This document shows positions 41,204 through 52,950 of a DNA stretch of 64,000 bases, piece by piece. The DNA comes from Octopus vulgaris (Eukaryota). Where the stretch lies: contig OX597815.1 in NCBI GenBank assembly GCA_951406725.2, forward strand, positions 108,748,001 through 108,812,000, read 5' to 3'. The position numbers and the translations under genes were made by a program. Under the pieces are notes generated by a model that was not told the origin of the DNA, made no database searches, and saw only the letters and a list, made by a program, of their open reading frames with translations. Position 1 is the stretch's first letter. Each line of letters opens with the position of its first letter.

Positions 41204-41453
41204 CACCAAGTAAGTTAGGGGTTGTGGATCCAACCCACTAAGGGATACTGTTGGTATAATACCCAAATTATTAACAGACAAGTGTTTTTAATTGCAATGC
41301 AATGAACTTACTTATTGTATTAAATGGGTGAAGGTAAAGAAATATTTTACCATTAATTCATATAACTAATAAGAAAATTGGTTATAACACATTGGTTTAT
41401 TTATCCTCAAGCTGATATGTTTCTCCATTTTCTTATTTGTAATTATATATATA

Positions 41454-41881
41454 GGCACAGGAGTAGCTGTGTGGTAAGTAACTTGCTTACCAACCACATG
41501 GTTCTGGGTTCAGTCCCACTGCATGGCACCTTGGGCAAGTGTTTTCTACTATAGCCTCGGGCCGACCAAAGCCTTGTGAGTGGATTTGGTAAATGGAAAC
41601 TGAAAGAAGCCCATCGTATATATGTATATGTGTGTGTGTGTGTGTGTGAGTGTGTGTGTATGTGTGTGTATGTTTGTGTGTCTGTGTTTGTCCCCCCAAC
41701 ATTGCTTGACAACCGATGCTGGTGTGTTTACGTCCCTGTTACGTAGTGGTTCGGCAAAATATACTGATAGAATAAGTACTAGGCTTACAAAGAATAAGTT
41801 ATGGGGTCGATTTGCGTGACTAAAGGCGGTGCTCCAGTATGGCCACAGTCAAATGACTGAAACAACTAAAAGAGTAAAAGA

Positions 41882-41883
<2 letters not shown>
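41454..41883 (+). mobile_element. SINE family A, full length
   Basis: Complete, low-divergence copy. Confidence 0.9.
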
Positions 41884-41930
<47 letters not shown>

Positions 41931-41936
41931 TATATA

Positions 41937-42610
41937 GAAACAGGGGCTGTGACTGCTGAGGACTTGCGTAAGTTTGCAAGGAATGAAGCCAGTATGCTCC
42001 ACTGGATGTGTAATGTCAGTGTGCATACACAACAGAGTGTAAGCACTCCGAGAGAAAAGTTGAACTTAAGAAGCATCAAATGTGGTGTGCAAGTGAGACG
42101 ACTGCATTGGTATGGTCATGTGTTGCAAATGAATGGGGGACAGCTGTGTGAAAAAATGTCACACCCTAGCAGTAGAAGGAACCTATGGAAGATGTAGACT
42201 CAGGAAGACTGGAATGAGGTGGTGAAGCATGACCTTTGAATGTTGGGCCTCACAGAGGCGATGACAAGTGACTGAGACCTTTGGAGATATGCTGTGCTTG
42301 AGAAGACCTGACAAGCCAAATGAGACCGTAACTGCGGCCTATGCCAGTACCGCCTGATTGGCACCTGTGCCAGTGACATGTTAAAAGCAGCATTCAAGTG
42401 TGGTCATTGCCAGTGTTGCCTGACTGGTTCCTGTGCTGGTGGCATGTAAAAAGCACCCGCTACACTCTCGAAGTGGTTGGCATTAGGAAGGGCATCCAGC
42501 TGTAGAAACTTTGCCAGATCAGATTGGAGCTTGCTGCAGCCTTCTGGCTCACCAGCCCTCAGTCAAACCATCCAACCCATGCCAGAATGGAAAGTGAACG
42601 TTAAACGACA
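41937..42610 (+). mobile_element. RTE LINE 3' fragment
   Basis: AVTAEDLRKFARNEASMLHWMCNV...RRLHWYGHVLQM, followed by the 3' UTR and tail. Confidence 0.9.
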
Positions 42611-42649
42611 ATGCTGTTGCTGCTGCTGATGATGATATATATATATATT

Positions 42650-42925
42650 GATAAAAATGGTAAGACAACAAAAGAATGAAAGAGACCTCAATATTATGTA
42701 AATAGAGGAATTTATCTGTAAATATAATATGTGACAATTATTTGGTAGCTATGATAAAACTTTGAGTTTCGGATGTCGAGGTGGAAATCCATGCCGCTAT
42801 CTCTTCAGCTATCCAGCCATTGGAAAAAAAAAAACTGAAGAGATGGCAGTGTGGATTTCCACCCTGACATCTGAAACTTGGAGTTTTATCATGGCTACTG
42901 AATAATTTTCACATATTACAGTTAC

Positions 42926-42930
<5 letters not shown>
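42650..42930. mobile_element. Fold-back PLE-terminus-like element with a hammerhead motif in each arm (42753-42814 minus; 42835-42890 plus)
   Basis: Inverted arms of ~95 bp. Minus arm gatag-CTGAAGA-gat...atcc-GAAA-ctcaaag-TT-ttatc; plus arm CTGAAGA...GAAA-cttggag-TT-ttatc; flanked by (TA)n. Confidence 0.7.
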
Positions 42931-42973
<43 letters not shown>

Positions 42974-43054
42974 TCGGCGTTGTTTTTGTGTTCATTTAAT
43001 GCCTGCTTTCCATGCTGGCATGGGTTGGATGGTTTGACTGACATATATATATAG

Positions 43055-43120
<66 letters not shown>

Positions 43121-43429
43121 AAGAGAGAAAGAACAAGAGAGAGTTATGTGTGTTTCTTTGTGCCTGTATTTGCCCCCACTTCTCCACACTTAACAGACAG
43201 TATTAAGTTATTTACATCCCTGTAACTTAGAGGTTCACCAAAAGCCACTGATAAACCTAAGGAGTAGACTTAAAAATACGTACCAGTTTGACTAGAATAA
43301 TTCTGGCCTCAGTCCAGTGATTGAAATAAGTAAAAGATAAAATTTGTGTGTATATGTATGTATGGATGTGTATACATGCATATACATGTATATGACTGAA
43401 TGGTTATGTGTGCAAATGTGTGTCTGTGC

Positions 43430-43468
<39 letters not shown>

Positions 43469-43749
43469 CCAGTGTGTGTATGTGTATGTGTGTCCACATG
43501 CATGCACGCACAAGTGTGTGTGTGTATGTGTGTCTCCTGTTAGCTTTGGAAAAAGCTGCAATCATGTCTAGTTGAGAGGCTTAAGAGAGGTGAAATGTCT
43601 CTCATATTCCTGTAAGTCAATGTTGAGACATCCATCTTGCTCAGCATATAATGCTTTTAACACATCTTGTCTCTCAACATCATGCCTGTCAGTGGTGTAT
43701 GTACATTATTTATGAAAGACAGATGATATTTATAATTCAGTGCTGTTTC

Positions 43750-43806
43750 AGTTGTGCATGGGTGAATTTATTTTAGCCTGGGAAACTTTCTGCAATCATC
43801 ATCATT

Positions 43807-43839
<33 letters not shown>

Positions 43840-43966
43840 GTCATTGTCATCGTCATCGTCATCGTCATCATTATCATCATCATCATCATTTAGTGTCCGT
43901 GTTCGATGATGATGATGATGATTGCAAAAAGCTTGCCGGGCTAAAATAAATTCCGCATACACAACT
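43750..43966. repeat. Inverted repeat enclosing (CAT)n then (GAT)n
   Basis: gttgtgcatgggtgaatttattttagcctgggaaactttctgcaatc versus the reverse complement of gattgcaaaaagcttgccgggctaaaataaattccgcatacacaac. Confidence 0.8.
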
Positions 43967-44039
43967 TCATGAATATATCATTCCCTATTTGTTCAATATT
44001 AAAGGTGACAGATTTAATCTCGGCATGTACCTACATAGT

Positions 44040-44405
44040 ACATGTCATTGGTAAGCCCCAAACAGAAGTGTATGCAATAGAAGGCCATATTTGTTTCAGT
44101 AAAACTCTGCACTATCACACATGGCTCTAGTAACACAGAAATGGATGGCTGAAAATGTTCATGATCACGTAACTCCTAACAGTTGACCTCCTAATTCCCC
44201 AGATCTCAATCCATTAGACTATTACATGTGGAGTGTTGTTGAGAGAGAGGTCAATGAACATGCCTGTAACACCAAAGATTCTTTGGAAACTGCCATAGTC
44301 AGAGTAATGCCCAAATTGAACTAGGACCACTTGATTCGTGCATGTAGATGATTTAGATCTCATATAGAAGCAGTTGTTGAAGCTGAAGGTGGCTTTACTG
44401 AATAA
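44040..44405 (+). pseudogene. DD37D (maT-type) Tc1/mariner transposase C-terminal remnant
   Basis: RPYLFQ*NSALSH...TQKWMAEN...PPNSPDLNPLDYYMW...RAC..FRSHIEAVVEAEGGF; 37 residues between the second and third catalytic positions. Confidence 0.85.
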
Positions 44406-44489
44406 CATTATAGAAAAGAAGGTTTATTTTTATCCTCATAGTATTTTTTGATAAGTAAAGTTATTATCTGTTATTATATATCTGTCTTT

Positions 44490-44997
44490 TGATCAAAATA
44501 GAACCAAATCAAAATAGATGAACATCAAGGGAATTTGTATCCTTGTGGTATCAGTGCTGGTGGCACATAAGAAAACCATCCGAACGTGACCGTAGCCAGT
44601 ACCGCATTGACTGGCCTCCGTGCTGAGGGCACGTAACAAACACCATCCGAACGTGGCCGTTCGCCAGTCTCGTCTGGCACCTGTGTCGGTGGCACATAAA
44701 AACACCATCCGAGCATGGCCGTCTGCCAGCCTCGTGTGGCACCTGTGTCGGTGGCACATAAAAACACCATCCGAGCGTGGCCGTCTGCCAGCCTCGTCTG
44801 GCACCTGTGTCGGTGGCACATAAAATCACCTACTACACTCTCGGAGTGGTTGGCGTTAGGAAGGGCATCCAGCTGTAGAAACACTGCCAGATCTGACTGG
44901 CCTGGTGCAGCCTTCGAGCTTGCCAGACCCCAGTTGAACCGTCCAACCCATGCTAGCATGGAAAGCAGACGTTAAACGATGATGATGATGATGATGA
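44490..44997 (+). mobile_element. RTE 3' UTR with four ~61-bp units and (GAT)n tail
   Basis: Units start near 44572, 44639, 44701 and 44763; conserved RTE tail follows. Confidence 0.9.
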
Positions 44998-45013
44998 TAA
45001 AGCTATACATACA

Positions 45014-45045
<32 letters not shown>

Positions 45046-45444
45046 GATGGATAGATAGATGAGAGAGAGAGAGAGAGAGAGAGCTACCTAGCTGATGTTT
45101 CATGCCAAAGAAGGGCATACTTGATGAGGTAAGTACAAATCTGACAGTCTAATTAATTTCATGTTCATTATATTGCCATCTGCTGAATTTGACTGTACTT
45201 AATTCTTTTCAGAATCAACTTAAAACTAGTCTATGTTCTAATAGTTATAAGTAAAACATTTTCCCACAGAGATCAACGGCTGTTACTGAAACAGTCATAC
45301 TATTAAACTTTAACTCTATATATTGAGAGAAATCATTTACATACAGCATTATCAATAGAAGAATTCTACTCAGTCAATGACAATAACTAATGATAACAAA
45401 TAGGAGAGAGAAGAAAATACAAATATATATATGAATAGATTGGG

Positions 45445-45780
45445 TATATCACCTTGAGCAAGTGTCTTCTGCTATAGCCTTGAGCTGAGTGAAGCCTTAT
45501 GAGTGGATTTGGCAGATAGAACCTGAAAGATTCCCATTGTATATATGTGTGTGTGTGTGGTTCTGCATATTGCAGTCTCCTTGCCTTGACATTGCATGAT
45601 AGTTGTAAATGTATTTCAAACCATGCAAATGGTGCCTTCTGTGGAAATATTACCTACCTTGGAAATAAGTGAGGGTAAGTGACAGGAAAAGTATCTAACT
45701 GTAGAAAATCCACCTCAATAAAATTCTTTTTGACCTATGTAAGTACGGAAAAGTGGAAATTAAAACGAGGATGAAATATA
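45445..45780 (+). mobile_element. Decayed SINE family A variant with RTE-type tail
   Basis: caccttgagcaagtgtcttc body, then gacaggaaaagtatctaactgtagaaaatc tail. Confidence 0.6.
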
Positions 45781-46849
45781 ATGCATTCAGAGTATTCTAA
45801 TTCTTTATGTCAACAATATTGAAATACTTTTTAAGGAATTTCAGAAAAAGTTTTAAAGCATAAAAGATGAAAAATTGTAAAAACATACATCTTCAGCTGG
45901 AATAGAACATATTCTGACCTGTTCTAAAACACAACAAATTTTCCATTGTTTTCTGATCCCATATCTGCATTTAGTTCTACTTTCTAATTTCTCTTAAGCT
46001 CACACTTGAGTATTAATAAACATATTTTCTCTTATTCATTTTTTTTTACCAAAATTGAGTATTTAATGAGGTAATAGGAAGTAGTGCTTTACAAAAGCTT
46101 TTAAGGTTTTTAAATCTATAAAAGCTGGTAAACCAAACGAACATTGTGATAAACAAAGCCATAATTGATTCTTCACCTAACCATAAACATTACTCTCATT
46201 AGTCGTTAAAAGATATCATTAAGATCACTTAATAACCAGTTCAATAGCTTTTTAGTTTAACTATAGATAACATGGAAGGCTTTTTGGATAATATTTATAA
46301 AACTGCTAAAAGGTTATTAAACTGGATTGTCATGAGTTATTAATGATGTACAAAACAACTTGTTGATTATACAGTCTACTATGGATCTTCTTACAATTGC
46401 TTTGTTGTTATTGTAGTCACTGAAGTTGTTATTACACTACAGTTGTTAGACAATACCAGAACTATTATTGATTTTTTCATCTTATTATTGTCATCATTAT
46501 TCATTCCTTAAATTGGCACAAGGCCACAACTTTGCAAAGTCTGGAGTAAAATCAACTCTGTTATATTACCAATGCCCAATTCATCAACTTTGAACAGAAT
46601 GAAAGGCAAAGCTGATGAAATTGAATTCTGTCAAGGGATGAAATTAAACTTTAAACAACGATCTGGAAATACACCGTATCCATTCAAGAGTATACAATAG
46701 ATTATTTCTTATCTGTGAGTAGACTATACAAGAAATAAGTGTTCCAATCACACAAGGGAGATATAACTTACCAACTAGCATCTATATCAGATCTGATGGA
46801 TACATATTTGTTCTGTGCTAAATAAAAGCATTATTATTATTATTATTAT

Positions 46850-47200
46850 TATTATTATCATCATTATTGTTATTTTTACTTTTAATCTGCATTTTTGTTA
46901 CAGTCACTTGCTGAGATACACCCAGCATCCTGAGGTGAGTGAAGGATAAGAGATATTACAGTATGACTGAAAGCTTGGTGGGATGAGGTAGTGGAATATC
47001 TTCATGTAATACAGCAGACATTTAAATGGATAGGGTTTATTCAAGGATGTGGGATTTTTTCTAAGGGTTTCTCTGAGACATGGTCTCCTGGGATCTTATC
47101 TAGATGTTTCTAACATCCCTTTTTTATCATACCTCAGGCACCTACAATAACAGGAACAGTTATTATGATTATTATTATTATTATTATTATTATCATTATT

Positions 47201-47255
<55 letters not shown>

Positions 47256-47720
47256 CTTTTGACTCAGGTCTTGTTGGAACTACTGGAGTTTTTGCATGAG
47301 TTGCAGGCTTGCTACCTGCAGCCTGCAAGTATCATGCCAATTGTTCTCTTCTGCAATTAAATACTTTCCTGATGATTCTAGCTGTGCTAAGGAGGCAAAC
47401 TGTTTGTAACAGCCCTGCTGGACACTCTGTTTCCATTTTCTTTATTCTTATTCTTCTTATCATTTCAGTTATCTTCCATTGCATGCTTTTACTTTACAAC
47501 CACACACATGCCGATGTACCTTTGGGTATAAGCTGTGCTTTTAGTTTTGTTTTTCATTCGTCTTACTAGTACTCTACATGATATGTGTTCTGTGCCAAGC
47601 AGTGCTATTGATGTGTATCGTGTATGCATATTGTTGAACATCTTTATTGTTACTTTCACTATTGGTTAGAGTTATTTCACAGCAGGCCAGAGAATGCTAA
47701 GTTACCAAACATTTGTTAGC
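46850..47720 (-). mobile_element. Second stack of three R4/Dong-like 3' tips (46850-47160, 47255-47440, 47460-47720)
   Basis: Hand translations TVPVIVGA*GMIKKG, LLQTVCLLSTARIIRKVF and IALLGTEHISCRVL; bounded by (TAT)n/(TAG)n tracts. Confidence 0.65.
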
Positions 47721-49433
47721 TCTTTAGAAAAGGGAAATTGAAGCTGTTTCAACAATTCAAAATTGTAACTTTCTCAGCAGAAATATTTCACCTTCATGTA
47801 GCACAGTTTTCTGCTGCATCTGCTTCCGTTATTCCATAACTATTCTTTTGTCCCTAATGAGTCAGATAACTTAGCTTTCAACAAGTCATTCCCCCATCAA
47901 AGCAGCCAATTAGAATCAACACAATCTTCACCTACCTATTTTTTTTTGTTTCAAGCTTCTCTAATGTTAACTGACAATATTTTCTCAATTTCACTTTCTT
48001 TTTTCAATAATTTTTTTTTTTACTGAAGCCATTGAATATAAAAATCCTTGCCCGTTTTTTTTCAGTTCTTTTTTTATAAATAGCTTTCATAATGGTATTT
48101 GATTTAGACACAAAGCCGGCATTTATGAAAGGAAATAGTCAATACAGTTGACTAGATAAATACTATATAAAAAATCAAGTATTTTATATAAAGTTCCAAT
48201 TGATATTTATAATAAAATACCAGTTTTGTACTGGTATTTTATTTAATCAATCCCAGAGGGATGAAAGCCAAAGATGATCTTGGCAGAATTCTAACTCAAA
48301 GAACCAGGACAAATACTGCAAAACTTTCCCCAATGTTTTAACAATTCTGTGCAGCTTTCCACCTTAAATAGCAACTGTAATGGCAACTACATCGCATAAA
48401 GAATTACATAAAGATTTTCATAGAACAACCATTTCAAAAATTTAGGCAAATTTTAGAACTTGCTTTAAAACATAAATCGTTTGTAATGTTGGTAATTAAA
48501 GAATATCTTCGTATCAATTTTTTTCTTATAAAGTAAATCATTGAACAAAATGTTAGGCAAATTTAAAAAAATCATGAAGTCTCTTCAGACTCATGCCTGT
48601 TGCAATATTAGCCTTTCCTTTACTGAAAATGGCAGATGTTCTAAGTGGAGCCATAGAAGTGTAGAAAAGTTGTAGCTACATCTTATACACAATTACAGAA
48701 CTTTGCAACAAATTTCACCATTCTAATATTTTACTGAAACTCTCAGAGAAAATCTGTTGATCATTTTTTAAAAGGTGAAGTTTATTTTTTTGATATTTAT
48801 AATTAGATTTTCACAATAAATATAATTACATTTCACTGTAGATTCGATAACATTTTCTTTAATGCAGACTTATTGAATTACACTTAATTCAATGTGCCTT
48901 AGACTGCGCACAATTCACTGTATTTTTCATATATAAAAAGATCCCCTTCCCACTTCTGCCCAAGACAGAGAAGAAACTAAGTGGACAGCAATGATTGAGA
49001 TGGTCATGATATAGAAGAACATCAATAGAAGTTCATTGTAATATCATTAATTTTACAGTTGACATTTTCTCCTTAATTGAAAACACTTAAGTAAGATTTC
49101 ATAATCAAGATAAAAGGAACAAGTATTTTGGCTTTAAGTTAAGCACTCTAAATGGAATTGCTTCCATTTCTTGGATACAATACCAGAATATAATCGAAAT
49201 GGATTGATTATTGACTTAATAGATATTAGTTGATACTTTGTCATCTCTGGTACTCAAGTTTAATTTAGTGTTGTGGGTTTCTCAGAAATAATTATTACCA
49301 TAAGTTAATAAAAATTATTTGTGATAATTTATATCGCAATTCAAACTTTTCACTGCTTAATCGCAATCAAAATAATTAACACACACGTGTGTGTGTGTAT
49401 ATATATATATACATACATACATACATACATACA

Positions 49434-49465
<32 letters not shown>

Positions 49466-50434
49466 CACACACATATATACACACATACATATATATGCCA
49501 GCATAGAAAATGGATATTAAACGATGATGAAGATGATATATATATATTTATATATACACGCACAAAACTTTTTTTAAGTTTCTGTCTCACAAATATACTC
49601 ATTTTAATCAACCCTGGGTTAGAATAGAAGCCACTTGCCAAGTGCTACAGTGTGTGGTTGATCTCATAGCTATGTGGTTGAAAAGTGAACTTCTGAAATA
49701 CACATGTATATCTGCTAGTGTGTCTGTGTGTGGTGTGTTTATATGCATGTATATCTATATAGTGTCTGTGTGTTTGAAAGATTTACATGAATTAGAAATT
49801 ATTCATTATATAAAGTTAAAAGAAAAAAGCAGAATGACACAAACCTTTTAGAAAAAGTTTTCACATTGGGTGTAAGAGCTTTTTCTTTTTACAGCTTTTC
49901 AAACACACGTTATGAATTCATCAATATAGAGGAAGTTGTTTTTAGTTGCAGTGTTAACTGTTTCTGGTTTAGTTTCAGATTTATTAGTCTTGTAAAGTAT
50001 TCTTCTTTGTCTTTTGCAGCTGATCATTATTTTCCTTTATTTTGAAAAAAAAGGAAATATTTTAAATTTTGTATTTGCATAAACATCCAGATATTCACTA
50101 CATGGAAAATTTCTAAGAAACAAATCTATGATTTGTTGTTTATGTACTCTAACCCAATGTATTAATTTTGATCATATATGGGTGATATAAATTTCATTGA
50201 ATTATAGACATGTGGTGTAGCAAATGAGACTTTTTTGTTTAACAATTCATATTTGCATTGACCTTCAAATACTTCTATTTCTTGAATCTTTATGGTCGTT
50301 CTCTGTTCAACTATTTCACATGTCTCACAACAAAGGTATATATGTATATACACATACATACAAACCTACATACATATGTATCTACCTACCTACCTACCTA
50401 CATACCTACCTACCTACCTACATACATACATACA

Positions 50435-50465
<31 letters not shown>

Positions 50466-50523
50466 GCATGTACATAGATACGTATGTACATATGTACATG
50501 CATACGTATGCAGATCAAACCTG

Positions 50524-50917
50524 TTCTTTAATTGTTTCAGTTATTTGACTGTGGCCATGCTGGAGCACCGCCTTTAGTCGAGCACATCGACCCAGGACTT
50601 ATTCTTCGTAAGCCTAATACTTACTCTATTGGTCTCTTTTGCCAAACCGCTAAGTTACGGGCATGTAAATACACCAGCATCGGTTGTCAAGCGATGTTGG
50701 GGGGACAAACAGACACACAAACACACACACATACATATATACATATACATATATACAACGGGCTTCTTTCAGTTTCCATCTGCCAAATCCACTCACAAGG
50801 CTTTGGTTGGCCCGGGGCTATAGTAGAAGACACTTGCCCAAGATGCCACACAGTGGGACTGAATCCAGAACTGTGTGGTTGAGAAGCAAGCTTCTTACCA
50901 TACAGTCACTCCTGTGC
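50524..50917 (-). mobile_element. SINE family A, full length
   Basis: Reverse complement of the family A consensus. Confidence 0.9.
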
Positions 50918-51686
50918 TTGTGTGTAATAATTATTAAATATCAAAGGTAAATTATTTCCAATTCCTAAAAGGGTAGAAAATCAGAATATTTTGAATACAG
51001 CACTCAACCAGAGCTTGCAAGCAGGCATAAATATTTTGATTCTCCTACTATTGACCCTGTGGATCATCAAGAATGTAACAAATGGCAGGAAAGAAAGTGG
51101 CATGATGACTCAGCTGGTATTCAGTTTCAGCCAGGTAGACTAGAACAGTGCCTTGTTCAAAAATGCAATGTGTCACACAGTTCAGAGATCAAACCTATGA
51201 CCGCTCAACCAACCTTTACAAGGAAGAAAGAAAATAAAGAAGCAAAAAAAGTTGAAAACAGTGGAATAATTTTTTAATGGAATATACTTTTCATTTCACA
51301 TCAGACTTTGTTTAGTTTTACTAAGTACTCAGTGCTAATGAGCTAACAGCATATTTCTGTAGTGATCAAACTTGTCAACACGTGGTTATTATAATGGCTT
51401 TTGCTGAAATAGAATCTTTGTAACCTGATAGAAGGTAATTAGTGGAATTTACTTCATTATATATTTTGCATTGACTTATTTGACAATGACATATAACGGA
51501 ATCATCTTAATGAATATTCCATAACAATCACTTGAATTAGAGAGAGCAAACATCATCAAATTTGTAGTAACAGTGTGACAGCATAGTTTCATATCTCAGT
51601 CAAAAATCACCTTCTTTTGCTGTTAATAACTATGAACTAGTCAACAAGGGAGCCATTAAGCTGTATTTTATTAGTGATGTTGTTGC

Positions 51687-51725
<39 letters not shown>

Positions 51726-51759
51726 CATTGTCGTTGTTGTCATCATCATCATCATAATC

Positions 51760-51985
51760 AAGGCAGTGAGCTAGCAGAATCATTAGCATGCCAGGCAAAA
51801 TGCTTAGTGGCATTTTGTCCATCTTTACTTTCAGAGTTCAAATCCTGCCAAGGTTTAATTTGCTTTACATCCTTTTAGGATTGATAAAATAAGTACCAGT
51901 TGAACTCTGGGGTTGATCTAATTGACTTATTCCCTTGCTGAAATTGCTGGCCTTGTGCCAAAGTTTGAAACCATTATTATTATTA

Positions 51986-52043
<58 letters not shown>

Positions 52044-52257
52044 GGCAGGAAGCTGGCAGAATTGTTAACACACCAGGCAGAATGCTTAGTGGCATTTCAT
52101 TCATTGTTATGTTCTGAATTTAAATTCCGTCAAGGTCCACTTTGCCTTCCAACCTTTTGGAGTCAATAAATTAAGTACCAGCTGAGCAATGGGGTTGATG
52201 TAATTGACTTGCCCTTCCCCCAAAACTGCTGGCCTTGTGCCTAAATCAGAAACCATT
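51760..52257 (+). mobile_element. Two head-to-tail SINE family B copies separated by (ATT)n
   Basis: aaggcag..gct.gcagaat..ttag/ttaa heads at 51760 and 52042; gagttcaaatcc B-box-like motif; tail ...gaaacc(att)n. Confidence 0.85.
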
Positions 52258-52539
52258 ATAGTGTTATTTTTCTGATAGTTATTTTAACCCCAGGTCAGCC
52301 CTAATTGAACCAAATCTATTCCAGTTGTCACCAAACCATTTTTTTATTTACCTATATTCAGGAAATCATGGCCACATTATCGCTCATATGTCCTTCTTCT
52401 AAGATGGCATGGTGTGATTTGAGGAACATTCAACTGCCATTTTTAACAGGATGAATGACCATATAGATCAGTGTTTCTCAAACTATTTTCCCCCAGGCCC
52501 CACTATAACTTTCCAGAATGCATGTCCTACCAGTGGTTG

Positions 52540-52950
52540 ACAAAAACAACATCAATGGAATTTGTAGCTATGATACCAGTACTGGTGGCACGTAAGAGAA
52601 CCATCCGAACATGGCTGTAGCCAGTGCCACCCGACTGGCCTCCATGCCAGTGACACGTAAAAAGCACCATCCGACCATGGCCGTTGCCAGCTTCGTCTGG
52701 TCCCCATGCCGGTGGCACGTAAAAAGCACCATCCGATCGTGGATGTCTGCCAGCCCCATCTGGCACCTGTGCCGGTGGCACGTAAAAAGCACCCACTACA
52801 CTCACAGAGTGGTTGGCGTTAGGAAGGGCATCCAGCTGTAGAAACACTGCCAGATCAGACTGGGCCTGATGCAGCCTTCTGGCTTCCCAGACCCCAGTTG
52901 AACCGTCCACCCATGCCAGCATGGAAAGCGGACGTTAAATGATGATGATG
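52540..52950 (+). mobile_element. RTE 3' UTR with three to four tandem units and tail
   Basis: Same units and tail as 44490-44997. Confidence 0.9.

Noticed and set aside
41454-41530. tRNA gene
   Set aside because: A/B-box-like motifs belong to a SINE head; no complete cloverleaf, and it is followed by SINE body.
44700-44825. HDV-like ribozyme in the 61-bp unit (ccagcctcgtctggc recalls the HDV P3/L3 region)
   Set aside because: No convincing P1/P2 pseudoknot partners or J4/2 strand were found. The loop varies freely between units and a simple hairpin explains the pattern.
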